This document shows, piece by piece, positions 21,838-31,816 of a DNA stretch of 64,000 bases. Source of the DNA: Pirellulales bacterium (GTDB taxonomy: Bacteria > Planctomycetota > Planctomycetia > Pirellulales > PALSA-1355); the NCBI GenBank assembly GCA_963733035.1, contig CAVTBU010000005.1:1216001-1280000 (forward strand). Reading direction: 5' to 3'. Position 1 is the stretch's first letter. Every line of letters begins with the position of its first letter. The notes beneath the pieces are model-generated. The model worked only from the letters and a program-made list of their open reading frames with translations, was not told where the DNA came from and made no database searches. A program made the position numbers and the translations under genes.

Positions 21838-22590
21838 GTGAATGAGCCGTTGGCAATCGTGATGGCGGCCGGCAAAGGCACCCGCATGAAGAGCGAGCTC
21901 CCCAAGGTGCTCGTGCCGGTGTGCGGGCGACCGATGCTCGACTATGTGCTCGACGCCCTTGAGGCGGCCGGCATCAAGCGAATTGTCGTGGTGGTCGGCT
22001 ACCGAGCCGAGGACGTGAAGCAAGCCGTCGGCGCGCGTCGAACGGTATCGTTCGCCCTGCAGGCCGATCAGCGCGGCACGGGCCACGCCGTGATGTCTGC
22101 TCGGGACCAACTCGCCGGCCATGAGGGCGCAGTGCTGGTCGTGGCCGGCGACTCGCCGATGATGCAAAGTGATTCGCTCGGCAAACTACTGGCCCAGTAC
22201 AACCGCTCGAGACCGGCCTGCATCCTGGGCACGGCAACCAAGGACGATCCAAAGGGGTTGGGCCGGGTGGTTCGCGACAGTCACGGAGAGTTCACCTGCA
22301 TTGTCGAGGAGAAAGACGCTACCGAGGAGCAACGGAAAATCACGGAAGTTAATCTTAGTTGCTATGTGTTCCACGGTCCCGACCTCTTGCAGGCACTCGA
22401 TGAAATTCGCTCGGACAATGCCCAGGGGGAATATTACATCACTGACTGTCCGGGCGTTTTGCTGGCCGGGGGAAAAGATGTGCGAGCGTTAAATGTGTTG
22501 CAACCATGCGAATCGCTATCGATTAACAACATGGATGAATTGGCCGTCGTCGAAGAAACCATGCGTGCGATGGGCATCGCGGAGGCCTAG
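21838..22590 (+). CDS. glmU: GlmU-like N-acetylglucosamine-1-phosphate uridyltransferase domain only (no acetyltransferase domain)
   Basis: MAAGKGTRMKSELPKVL, Q..GTGHAV, GD.P, IVEEKDA, NAQGEYYITD; ends at 250 aa; upstream of prs. Confidence 0.85.
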   Translation: MNEPLAIVMAAGKGTRMKSELPKVLVPVCGRPMLDYVLDALEAAGIKRIVVVVGYRAEDVKQAVGARRTVSFALQADQRGTGHAVMSARDQLAGHEGAVLVVAGDSPMMQSDSLGKLLAQYNRSRPACILGTATKDDPKGLGRVVRDSHGEFTCIVEEKDATEEQRKITEVNLSCYVFHGPDLLQALDEIRSDNAQGEYYITDCPGVLLAGGKDVRALNVLQPCESLSINNMDELAVVEETMRAMGIAEA

Positions 22591-22737
22591 GCGTTACAAT
22601 CAAGTTGCCACGACCGGCACGGCCTTCTCCATTCGAGGAGGCGACGTGGCCAACGGGGCCCACAACTCTCTCTAATTTTCGCATCGCAGCCTTCCGACGA
22701 CGCACGTTCTGCCAGTTGGAGCGAAAGTGACCGATCC

Positions 22738-23682
22738 ATGAACGATTTGAAGATCTTTAGCGGCCGAGCAAATCGCGATCTTACGAAGCGGATCTGCGAT
22801 TATCTGGGCTTGCCCATGGCCCGGATCACGATCGGCAACTTTCCCGATAGCGAAATCAGCTGCAAAGTCGACGAGGACATTCGCGGGCGCGACGTGTTTC
22901 TGGTGCAGCCGACCTGCCCGCCGGTGAACGAAAACCTGATGGAGCTCTTGATTATGATCGAGAGCTGCAAGCGGGCGAGCTCGGAGCGGATCACCGCGGT
23001 CGTTCCCTACTTCGGTTATGCTCGGCAGGACCGCAAGGATGAAGGTCGCGTGCCAATCACGGCTAAGCTGGTGGCCAACATCATCACGCGGGCCGGGGCC
23101 GACCGAGTCTTGGCCATGGACTTGCATGCGGCGCAAATCCAAGGCTTCTTCGATGTGCCGGTCGACCACCTCTACGCCGCTCCGGTGCTGAACGAATACT
23201 TTCTCGACCAGGGTTTCGATCCGAAAGAGATCGTGGTGGTCAGCCCGGACGAGGGGAGCATCAAGCGGGCACTGGGGCACGCCGAGCGGTTGGGAGGCTC
23301 GCTGGCCATCGTCGACAAGCGGCGTGCGGACGCGGAGCACACGAAACAAGAAAACATTATCGGCGCGCCGGTTGAGGGCAAAGTGGCGCTGATGTTCGAT
23401 GACATGATCAGCACCGCCGGCTCGATTTGCGGGGCGGCCCAGGTGCTTCACCAGCGTGGGGCGTCACGGATTTACGTGGCCGCAACCCACGGGGTGCTGT
23501 GTGGAAATGCCATTGAGCGGCTGGCAAAATCTCCGATTTACGAGGTGGTTCTCACCGACACCATTCCGCTGCGGCCCGAGGCGATGATTCCCAAAATCAA
23601 GGTGCTCAGCGTAGCCCCCCTTCTTGGGGAGGCGATCAAGCGAATTCATCGCAACGAATCGGTCAGCCGACTGTTCGACTAA
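22738..23682 (+). CDS. prs: Ribose-phosphate pyrophosphokinase
   Basis: PYFGYARQDRK, DLHAAQIQGFF, VSPDEG, DDMISTAGS, ATHGV. Confidence 0.98.
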   Translation: MNDLKIFSGRANRDLTKRICDYLGLPMARITIGNFPDSEISCKVDEDIRGRDVFLVQPTCPPVNENLMELLIMIESCKRASSERITAVVPYFGYARQDRKDEGRVPITAKLVANIITRAGADRVLAMDLHAAQIQGFFDVPVDHLYAAPVLNEYFLDQGFDPKEIVVVSPDEGSIKRALGHAERLGGSLAIVDKRRADAEHTKQENIIGAPVEGKVALMFDDMISTAGSICGAAQVLHQRGASRIYVAATHGVLCGNAIERLAKSPIYEVVLTDTIPLRPEAMIPKIKVLSVAPLLGEAIKRIHRNESVSRLFD

Positions 23683-23723
23683 TTGCTTTGTAACTTCCCA
23701 CCGGCCAGCGGCTTGGAATTCCT

Positions 23724-23755
23724 GACCGCCGGTGATTTTTCTTTCGCCGGCGGTC
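23724..23755. other. 12-bp stem-loop between prs and rplY (terminator-like or leader structure)
   Basis: GACCGCCGGTGA / TCGCCGGCGGTC inverted repeat (one G-U pair) with a U-rich loop; no long U tract follows. Confidence 0.45.
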
Positions 23756-23834
23756 TTGAAAGATTCTCTAATTCGGCGAAAATGACCCGTTTGCCCAACT
23801 GCCAGTTGCGATACTTACAAGGACATACACGGCG

Positions 23835-24461
23835 ATGGCCGAAGTACTGAACGTCAAGAAGCGAGAAACTCACGGCAAACGGAATGCCAAGCGCATGCGG
23901 CAGGCCGGCGCGATTCCAGCCATCCTGTACGGCCATGGCGAACGGAACGAAAGTCTGGCCGTGGTCGCCGACGAGATGGCCGCCGTCTTGCGCCATGGCG
24001 GTCGCGTCGTGGAACTCAAGGGAGACCTCAGCGAAAAGGCGTTTATCCGCGCCATGCAGTGGGATGTCTACGGCACGCATGTGCTGCACGTTGATTTCAC
24101 GCGCGTCTCGGAACACGAACGCGTCGAGGTCAAGGTCCGGGTCGAATTGCGCGGGCAAGCTCCCGGCGTGAAGGAGGGTGGCGCGGTCGAGCATCTGGTG
24201 CACGAAATTGAAATTGAGTGCGAAGCGTTGTCGATTCCGGAAAAGATCGACGTGAACGTCAACGATTTGAACATCGGCGATTCGATTACCGCCGGCGAGT
24301 TGAAGCTGGCCGCCGGCATCAAGCTCGTCTCCGATCCCGACGACGTGATCGTGCATTGCGTCGTCCACCGCGAGGAGGAGGAGGCTGTTGCCGAGGGTGC
24401 CACGGCCGAGCCGGAAATTATTGGCCGCAAGGCCGAGGACGAGGAAGAATCGGAGGAATAG
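23835..24461 (+). CDS. rplY: 50S ribosomal protein L25 (CTC-type, long form)
   Basis: IPAILYGHG, LHVDF, GVKEGG, IPEKIDVNV..L.IGDSI. Confidence 0.96.
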   Translation: MAEVLNVKKRETHGKRNAKRMRQAGAIPAILYGHGERNESLAVVADEMAAVLRHGGRVVELKGDLSEKAFIRAMQWDVYGTHVLHVDFTRVSEHERVEVKVRVELRGQAPGVKEGGAVEHLVHEIEIECEALSIPEKIDVNVNDLNIGDSITAGELKLAAGIKLVSDPDDVIVHCVVHREEEEAVAEGATAEPEIIGRKAEDEEESEE

Positions 24462-24533
24462 CCGCGGCTCAGGCAGGCCCGTGGCTGGACCAGCCTGCGG
24501 TTTGGCAGACCCGACGCGAGCCGCATGTCGTCC

Positions 24534-25091
24534 ATGAAACTTGTTGTCGGATTAGGAAACCCAGGGCGGAAATACGAAGGCACGCGACACAACGTTGGAT
24601 TTCGCGTGGCCACTGAACTGGCCGCCAAATATGGAAACACAAAACCGAAGCGGGCCTTCCAGGGCGAAGTGGTGGAGGCCTTTATCGGTTCGGAAAAAGT
24701 TTTGTTGCTGTGCCCTCACACGCTAATGAACCTGAGTGGTCAAAGCGTGCTGGAGGCTCGCGACTTTTACAAGATCCCGCCTGAGGACCTGCTGGTTGTG
24801 AGCGACGACTTGAACTTGCCCCTGGGCAAGTTGCGGTTTCGCAAAAGCGGGTCGTCGGGGGGACAGAACGGTTTGAAAGACATCATCCGCCGCCTGGGAG
24901 GCGAAGATATTCCCCGGCTGCGAATCGGCATCGGCAGTCCACCGGCGAGCCGCAATCCCGCCGACTTTGTCCTGGGGCGTTTCGGCAAGGACGAAGTCGA
25001 CGAAATTGAAGTTGCCATCGGTCGAGCGGCCGACGCCGTGGCCCTCTGGGTCAGCGAAGGCATCGCGCGAGTGATGAACGAGTACAATTAA
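24534..25091 (+). CDS. pth: Peptidyl-tRNA hydrolase
   Basis: MKLVVGLGNPG..Y..TRHNVGF, MNLSG, GGQNGL, RLRIGIG. Confidence 0.97.
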   Translation: MKLVVGLGNPGRKYEGTRHNVGFRVATELAAKYGNTKPKRAFQGEVVEAFIGSEKVLLLCPHTLMNLSGQSVLEARDFYKIPPEDLLVVSDDLNLPLGKLRFRKSGSSGGQNGLKDIIRRLGGEDIPRLRIGIGSPPASRNPADFVLGRFGKDEVDEIEVAIGRAADAVALWVSEGIARVMNEYN

Positions 25092-25153
25092 GTCCTGGCA
25101 ATTTGCCGCGATCATAAGAACCCAAGCCACGTACAAAATTCAGGAGTCCGGTT

Positions 25154-25594
25154 GTGCCAGTCAACGTTTACGAAGGGATGTACATTCTGGATGCGAACCG
25201 TTTCTCCCGCGACCAGGCGGGGGTTTCGGGCCAGATTCCAGACATGATCGAAAAACTTGGTGGCGAAATGCTCGCCAGTCGCCTGTGGGAGGAACGACGC
25301 CTCGCGTATCCGATCAATGGTCAGCGTAAAGGCACCTACTGGCTGACGTATTTCAAACTCGATGGCGCCAAGCTGGCCGATTTGAACCGGCAGTGCCAGC
25401 TGAGCGAAAGCATCGTGCGCACGCTATTCCTGAAAGTCGATCCGCGGATTGCCGATGCGCTGGTCAGCCATGCCCTGAGCGACGCCAAGGCGCCAACTCG
25501 CAGCGAACCGGCCGCGGTAACCGCGAAAAGCCCGGTGACGTCCGGCCCGCCGGACTTGGACGAGTCAGACGAAGCGGACGATTCCGAAGTATAG
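25154..25594 (+). CDS. rpsF: 30S ribosomal protein S6
   Basis: YEGMYILD, W.ERRLAYPI..GTYWL; AGGAG RBS. Confidence 0.94.
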   Translation: MPVNVYEGMYILDANRFSRDQAGVSGQIPDMIEKLGGEMLASRLWEERRLAYPINGQRKGTYWLTYFKLDGAKLADLNRQCQLSESIVRTLFLKVDPRIADALVSHALSDAKAPTRSEPAAVTAKSPVTSGPPDLDESDEADDSEV

Positions 25595-25662
25595 TCGCAG
25601 CCTAGCCTGCCGGCGCAGCAGCCACCCTCGAGTGGCAAACACGGGAATGCAAGGAGTGGATC

Positions 25663-26109
25663 ATGGCCAGTTACAATCGCGTCGTACTCGTCGGAAATCT
25701 GACGCGCGATCCGGAGCTGCGCTACATTCCCAGCGGCACCGCGGTGACTGAAGTCGGACTGGCTGTGAACGATCGCCGCAAGAATGCCAGCGGCGAATGG
25801 ATCGACGAGACGACCTTCGTCGACATCACTCTCTGGGGACGCCAGGCCGAAATCGCGAGCGAATACCTCAACAAAGGCTCGAGCGTGCTTATCGAAGGGC
25901 GGCTCAAGCTCGACACCTGGGAAAAAGACGGCAAGAAAAACTCCAAGCTGCGCGTCGTCGGCGAACGCATGCAAATGCTGGGCAGCCGCGGCGGGCCGGC
26001 TGGGGGAGGCGGAGGCGGCGGTGGTTCGCGACCAGCGTCCCGCGGCAATGCTCCGGCCGCTTCTCACGACGAGTTCGAATCGCCGCCTGACGACGATATC
26101 CCGTTCTAA
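25663..26109 (+). CDS. ssb: Single-stranded DNA-binding protein
   Basis: [17 protein letters not shown], Gly-rich linker, C-terminal DDIPF. Confidence 0.98.
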   Translation: MASYNRVVLVGNLTRDPELRYIPSGTAVTEVGLAVNDRRKNASGEWIDETTFVDITLWGRQAEIASEYLNKGSSVLIEGRLKLDTWEKDGKKNSKLRVVGERMQMLGSRGGPAGGGGGGGGSRPASRGNAPAASHDEFESPPDDDIPF

Positions 26110-26187
26110 ACGGCGCCCAAACAGAAACCTTCCAACGACCAACCCCTTAGTTCAAACCAGCGAATCCGCGATTTCGAGGAATCACCC

Positions 26188-26724
26188 ATGGCCCGCACGA
26201 ATACGACCAAATCTCGCCCCCGCCACAAGCGTTTGCCGCGCGGCAAGCACCACGGCGTGGAGCTGCTGCTCATCCAATCGGTCGACCATGTCGGTCAACA
26301 GGGGGAAGTCGTCGAGGTCAAACGCGGTTACGCCGTGAACTACCTGCTGCCGCAAGGACTGGCCACCATCGCTACCGATCACCACAAGCGAATGGTCGAA
26401 AAGCACAAAGCCAAGCTGCAAGAAATCCAAAACGCACGCATGGCCGGGCTGCGGCAAATGGCCGACAACCTCTCGAAGCAAAGCATCACGATCGAGGCGA
26501 ATGCCAACGACGAGGGACATCTATACGGCTCGGTCGGCGCCTCGGAAATCGTCGCGGCACTCAAGCGCAACGAAGTCACGATCACGGCCGACCAGGTCCG
26601 CCTCACCGGACCACTCAAGGAATTGGGACTCTACACGGTCAAGATTCACCTCGGTCACGAGGTCGAAGCGGACCTCAAGGTCTGGGTCGTACCGACCGTC
26701 AACGAAGACGTTGCCGGGAAGTAG
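26188..26724 (+). CDS. rplI: 50S ribosomal protein L9 with basic N-terminal extension
   Basis: G..GEVVEVKRGYAVNYLLPQGLA, GHLYGSV, LKELGLY. Confidence 0.96.
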   Translation: MARTNTTKSRPRHKRLPRGKHHGVELLLIQSVDHVGQQGEVVEVKRGYAVNYLLPQGLATIATDHHKRMVEKHKAKLQEIQNARMAGLRQMADNLSKQSITIEANANDEGHLYGSVGASEIVAALKRNEVTITADQVRLTGPLKELGLYTVKIHLGHEVEADLKVWVVPTVNEDVAGK

Positions 26725-26950
26725 CCGACCAGGTAGTCGCAGGCCGGCGGTGGATCCGCTCGCGCCTGACTAGTTCCCATCCTGGCAGAAAGTCAACCGT
26801 TGTGGTGCGCCCGGCGTATCGCCATGCTCGGACGTCGTGCGCTGCGGTGCCGTCGCCCCCTTCCATTCCCTCGGGTGGCTTGCCGGCGATCGGCAAGTCG
26901 GCGACACTGGCATGTAGACCGCAATGCAGATTTCGCAGGGAGGCTGGTAG

Positions 26951-28341
26951 ATGAAAGTCAGCGCGGAGATTCTCGACCGCCGTCCGCCGTGCAACCTCGA
27001 CGCCGAACGCGGCGTGCTCGGTAGTATTCTACTGTTGCCCATCGTGTGCGACGACGTGGCGCTTATCCTGCGTCCAGAAGACTTCTACGACGACGCGAAT
27101 CAGGCGATCTACAAGCATCTTCGCGAGATGCACGACGAGGGTCGGCGCATCGACACCACGCTGCTGGTTGAACGCCTCCGCAGCAAGGGAGATTTCGAGC
27201 GAGTTGGAGGCGCGGCCTACCTGGCCGAAATCCTGCAGTCGGTTCCGACGGCGGCCAATGCAACGCACTACGCGGAAATCGTCAAAGCCAAGTCGACGCT
27301 GCGGTCGCTGATCCATTCCAGCACCGAAATCCTGCGAGACGCGTATGACGAAGTCGACGACGCCAAGGAAATGCTGTCCCGGGCCGAACAGCGAATATTC
27401 TCGATTCTCGACACGCAAGGCACCGGCGAACTGTCAAACATTCGCGATATTCTGCAAGATGCCATGGTGCGGATTGATTCTCGCATGAAACAGGATCATG
27501 CGGCCGGCGGCATCGAAACCGGTTTCCGCGACTTCGATAATATAACCGGCGGGCTGCACGACTCAGAGTTGGTCATCCTGGCCGCGCGCCCAGCATGGGC
27601 AAGACAGCCCTGGCGCTGAACATTGCCGAGCACGCTTCGCTGGTGCAGAACATCAGCACGCTGTTCGTGAGCCTGGAAATGTCGTCCGTCGAATTGGCCG
27701 ACCGCTTGCTCTGTTCGCTGGCCAAGGTGAACGGCATGCGGCTGCGCAATGGTTCGATTTCGAATGAAGACCGCCGCCGGCTCGTGGAAAAGGCAGCCGA
27801 GATGAGCCAAGCGCCACTGTTCGTCGACGACACGCCCAGCCGCACGATTACCGAAATTGCGGCCGCGGCCCGCCGGCTCAAACGACGCAGCAACCTCGGC
27901 CTGGTGGTCATCGACTACCTGCAGCTGATCGAGCCGGACAATCCCCGCGATCCGCGGCAAGAACAGGTTGCCAAAATTGCCCGGCGCCTGAAGGGATTGG
28001 CCCGAGAATTGAAGGTCCCGGTGATGTGCCTGGCCCAGTTGAATCGCCAGGCGGAGGCTACCCGTGACAATAAGCCACGGATGAGCCACTTGCGTGAAAG
28101 CGGCGCTATCGAGCAAGACGCCGACGTCGTCATGTTCGTGCACCGCGAGGAGTACTATTGCACGAGCGAAGAAGAACGGGCCAAGGTGGCGGGCGAGGCG
28201 GAGCTGATTGTGGCCAAACGGCGCAACGGCCCGACGGGCGACGTAAAACTTTCCTGGCTGAAGGATTTTACGCGATTCACCGACAGCACCGTGCGGCCCT
28301 ACGACGAATTCGAACAATTCAACGCGGCTGACACATTCTAA
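26951..28341 (+). CDS. dnaB: Replicative DNA helicase DnaB; one apparent frameshift at ~27590
   Basis: AERGVLG, TGFRDFD..TGG, LVILAARP|SMGKT (Walker A split by a missing base in GCGCGCCCAGC), IDYLQL, LRESGAIEQDAD. Confidence 0.95.
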
Positions 28342-28639
28342 ACAAGTTGTAAGAAAAAGCCGCCTCGCGGATGCTGGCGCCGCGGTGCCCGCTGCTAGCT
28401 GTGCGGTGCCCATTCACCGAAACGCCCAGTCCTCCCAGTCGCTGGCATGCAAAGCGAACTCGCCTTGTTTCGGGCGGCCGGTTTCTGTATTTCTACGCCG
28501 CTTTGACGGCCGACAGCAGCCGCGAACCCGTCTCCTTGGCTTGCTGTCGCCGCGACGTAACGCAAATGGCTCGGCGGATTTGGACGGCCGGCCACTCCCA
28601 TCTCGAAGTTCTTTCAACTTGATTCACAAGCGAGCGTTC

Positions 28640-31600
28640 ATGGCTCCTGTTGGCCGCCAGGTCTTACGATTGCTGCGCCCCGCGACAGCCTCGCTGTGGC
28701 TATGCGCTGCATTGTTGGCCGCGACGGCGGGTGCTCAGAGCGGCCCCGCGGCATCGCCTGGCGGTGCGTTGCCGTTGCCTCCCACGCAAACCCCCGTGGC
28801 GCCGCCAGCGCTTCAGGTGCTCGACATTCAGGTCGAAGGCTTGCGAACGCATACGCGTGAAGCCGTGCTGGGTGCCATGAGCACGCGAATCGGTCACCCG
28901 TTTGATCAGGCTTCGTTTGAAAAAGACATTCGCAAACTGACCTCGCGGAGCTGGTTTGTGCACGTCGTTCCCAAGAAGGAATACGTGCAAGGGGGCGTGG
29001 TGATTTCGCTCAGCGTAGTGGAACGCCCCGTTCTGGAATTCGTCCGCTACCTGGGTAGCGAGCACATCACCGAGAAAAGGCTGGCCAAGGAGACCGCCCT
29101 CAAGAAGGGCGACCCGTTCGATCCCTATGCCGTCCGCGAGGGTGCCCGAAAAATCGAATCGTTGTACCAGTCCAAGGGCTTCAACGACGTCAAAGTCGAC
29201 ATTCCCGAGGGGACCAAGCCCGGTGACCACGGGGCGGTGTTTCTGATCAATGAAGGCAAGAAGCTCAAATTCGGCAAGATTACCTTCGAAGGCAACAGCC
29301 GCGAGATTGCTCCCGACGGCCGCTTGAAGAAGGTAATCGAATCGCGCGCCCCGATCCTCGGCTTCATCAAGGGCGAAGTTGACGAGCCGAAGCTCGAAGG
29401 CGACGTGGATCGGCTTACCGACTACTACCGTAGTTTGGGATTTTTCAAGGCCGTGGTCAGCAAAGATGTCCGGTACAACGCCGACGAGGATCGGCTCAGC
29501 GTGACCTTCTATATCAACGAGGGCCCGCGCTACCAGGTTCGCAGCGTCTCGTTCATTGGAAACAACGTTTTCCCGGAGGAGGCCTTCGCCCCGCACATGA
29601 AACTCAATCCGGGCGAACCGTTCGATCAGTCGGCCATGAACAAGGACATCGGCACGATCAAGGACATCTACGGCTCGAATGGATACGTGTTTGCCGCCGC
29701 CAACGAAGACCTGCGGTTCGACTTGGAGCCCGGCATCCTCGACATCATCTATCACGTGGAAGAAGGTCAGCAGTATCGCATCGGCGACATCAACATCACG
29801 ATCAAAGGCGACAACCCGCACACCAGGGCTTCGACGATTCTGAACCGCCTCGACCTGCGGCCTGGAGACATTGCCGACATTCGCAAGTTCCGCGACAGCG
29901 AACGGCGGATCAAAGCGTCGGGCCTGTTCAACGTCGACCCCAGCAAGGGCGAACTGCCCCGCATCTCGTTCTCGCCGCCCGACTCGGTCGATAACGTCGC
30001 TCGGGGCAAACGGCGCACCGGCGGACCACGCACGGGCGACCCCGATTCTTTCCGCGGTCAAAGTCCGGACGACGGCAGTAGCCGATCGATGGCCGTAGCG
30101 AGGCGGCCGGCCGCTGCGCCGGGACAAAACGGGCCGCGCGATCTGATCGTCCAAATCAGCGGCCAGGCACTTCCGCCGGCCGAAGCACAAGACGCACCGG
30201 CCCAGGGCGATCCGCTGGCTGGCCAGGGACCGACTCGCCTAGCACCGGCTCAGCGTCAATCCAGCTACCCGCCCCGCTATCCATCGCCCTTTCCGTCCGC
30301 TCAGCCGACAGCCGCCGGTTATGTCGCACCCGCCGCCCACCAGGTCCCTTCGACGCAAACCCCGCGGCGCTATTACCCAGCAGCCAACAGCGTTTCGCCG
30401 GCTCGCAGGCCGACGACGCAAACGGTGCGCGGCCAAAGCCCCGACAACCGCTATGGCGGCTACGGCGGCACTGCCGTTAATCCGATTTCCGCCGGCCCGC
30501 AGCCGTTCGCGGTGAATCAGCCGGCAAGTGCATCGGGGTATGCCACACCGGCGCAGTATGCAGAACCGGTTCAGGACCCGCTCTCGCCCCCCTCGACACC
30601 GCGAGACTTTGGCGCGCAGCCGGGCGAGCTGCCGCCACCGGGCCTGACGCCGCCGCCGGGAGATTTCCTCAGCGGGCCGGAAGGCCTGCCCCCGAGCCAA
30701 CCCGCTCTGCCAGTCGACGTTATCGCCAGCGAAGCGCAAACTGGCCGCTTCATGCTGGGTGCGGGCGTTAACTCCAACGCCGGTCTGATTGGCTCGATCG
30801 TGCTCGACGAGCAGAACTTCGATTGGCGGCGTTGGCCCACCAGCTGGGAAGACTTTCGCTCCGGGCGCGCATTCCGCGGTGCGGGCCAGAAGTTTCGTAT
30901 CGAAGCCGCCCCGGGCACCGTCGTACAGCGATACTTGTTCAACTTTTCTGAGCCGTATTTGTTCGACACGCCGGTCAGCTTCGGGCTGTCGGGATACTAC
31001 TTCAACCGCTACTACCGCGACTGGCTCGAACAGCGTACAGGCGGACGTGTGACGCTCGGTTATCAATTCACTCCGGACTTCTCGGGCAATGTCGGTCTAC
31101 GGGCGGAAGATGTGTTCATTCAGCCACTAAACAACGGCGTCGGCGTGACTGATATCGAAGCCGCGAGCGGACATTCGGCGCTATATAGCGTTCGCACTTC
31201 GCTGGCGCACGATACACGCGACAGCACTTTCCTGCCGACCGAGGGTCACTATGTGACGGCGACGTTCGAGTACTTCATGGGCACCTATTTCTATCCCTGG
31301 TTTGGTCTGAACACCCAGCAGCACTGGCTCCTAAAAGAACGACCAGACGGCACGGGACGGCACACGTTTAGCTTCTACAATCAGCTCGGCTTCGCTGGCG
31401 CTAACACGCCCGTGTACGAGCGATTCTTTGCCGGTGGTTTCTCGACTCTGCGTGGTTTCCAGTTCCGTGGCGCGTCACCGATGCAGCCCAACCCCTCCGG
31501 AATTAACGCGATCGTCGGTGGCGACTTCCAGTTTATTAACTCGCTCGAATACATGTTCCCCGTCACCGCCGACGACGCCCTGAAAATGGTGGCCTTCGTT

Positions 31601-31795
31601 GACTTCGGTACGGTCGCGTCGAACGTCAACGAAATCTATGGGAATCAATTCCGTGTCGCGCCAGGTTTAGGTATGCGTGTCACGATTCCGGCTATTAGCG
31701 CTGCCCCCATTGCAATCGACTTCGCCTCGCCCATCCAACACGCGAACGGCGACTTGATCCAGAACATCAGCTTCTTCGTCGGCGTCGGCCGCTAG
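28640..31795 (+). CDS. bamA: BamA/Omp85 family outer membrane protein with POTRA domains and a long Pro-rich insert
   Basis: Signal peptide; repeated POTRA-like units (Y..KGF, YY..LGFF, YG..GY, INEG); barrel motifs EQNFD, FSEPYLFD, DTRDS..PTEG, FFAGG..TLRGF. Confidence 0.9.
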   Translation: MAPVGRQVLRLLRPATASLWLCAALLAATAGAQSGPAASPGGALPLPPTQTPVAPPALQVLDIQVEGLRTHTREAVLGAMSTRIGHPFDQASFEKDIRKLTSRSWFVHVVPKKEYVQGGVVISLSVVERPVLEFVRYLGSEHITEKRLAKETALKKGDPFDPYAVREGARKIESLYQSKGFNDVKVDIPEGTKPGDHGAVFLINEGKKLKFGKITFEGNSREIAPDGRLKKVIESRAPILGFIKGEVDEPKLEGDVDRLTDYYRSLGFFKAVVSKDVRYNADEDRLSVTFYINEGPRYQVRSVSFIGNNVFPEEAFAPHMKLNPGEPFDQSAMNKDIGTIKDIYGSNGYVFAAANEDLRFDLEPGILDIIYHVEEGQQYRIGDINITIKGDNPHTRASTILNRLDLRPGDIADIRKFRDSERRIKASGLFNVDPSKGELPRISFSPPDSVDNVARGKRRTGGPRTGDPDSFRGQSPDDGSSRSMAVARRPAAAPGQNGPRDLIVQISGQALPPAEAQDAPAQGDPLAGQGPTRLAPAQRQSSYPPRYPSPFPSAQPTAAGYVAPAAHQVPSTQTPRRYYPAANSVSPARRPTTQTVRGQSPDNRYGGYGGTAVNPISAGPQPFAVNQPASASGYATPAQYAEPVQDPLSPPSTPRDFGAQPGELPPPGLTPPPGDFLSGPEGLPPSQPALPVDVIASEAQTGRFMLGAGVNSNAGLIGSIVLDEQNFDWRRWPTSWEDFRSGRAFRGAGQKFRIEAAPGTVVQRYLFNFSEPYLFDTPVSFGLSGYYFNRYYRDWLEQRTGGRVTLGYQFTPDFSGNVGLRAEDVFIQPLNNGVGVTDIEAASGHSALYSVRTSLAHDTRDSTFLPTEGHYVTATFEYFMGTYFYPWFGLNTQQHWLLKERPDGTGRHTFSFYNQLGFAGANTPVYERFFAGGFSTLRGFQFRGASPMQPNPSGINAIVGGDFQFINSLEYMFPVTADDALKMVAFVDFGTVASNVNEIYGNQFRVAPGLGMRVTIPAISAAPIAIDFASPIQHANGDLIQNISFFVGVGR

Positions 31796-31816
31796 GCAAT
31801 CAACCGCTCAAGTCGA

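Noticed and set aside
26725..26950. Structured RNA in the rplI-dnaB spacer
   Set aside because: Only short GC-rich hairpins (e.g. CTTGCCG/CGGCAAG), as expected by chance; no promoter or terminator signature.
27570..27620. Programmed frameshift, intein or pseudogenisation of dnaB
   Set aside because: The break is a single missing base in the Walker A codons, with no slippery heptamer and no intein-sized insert. Both halves are intact, so a sequence error is far more likely.
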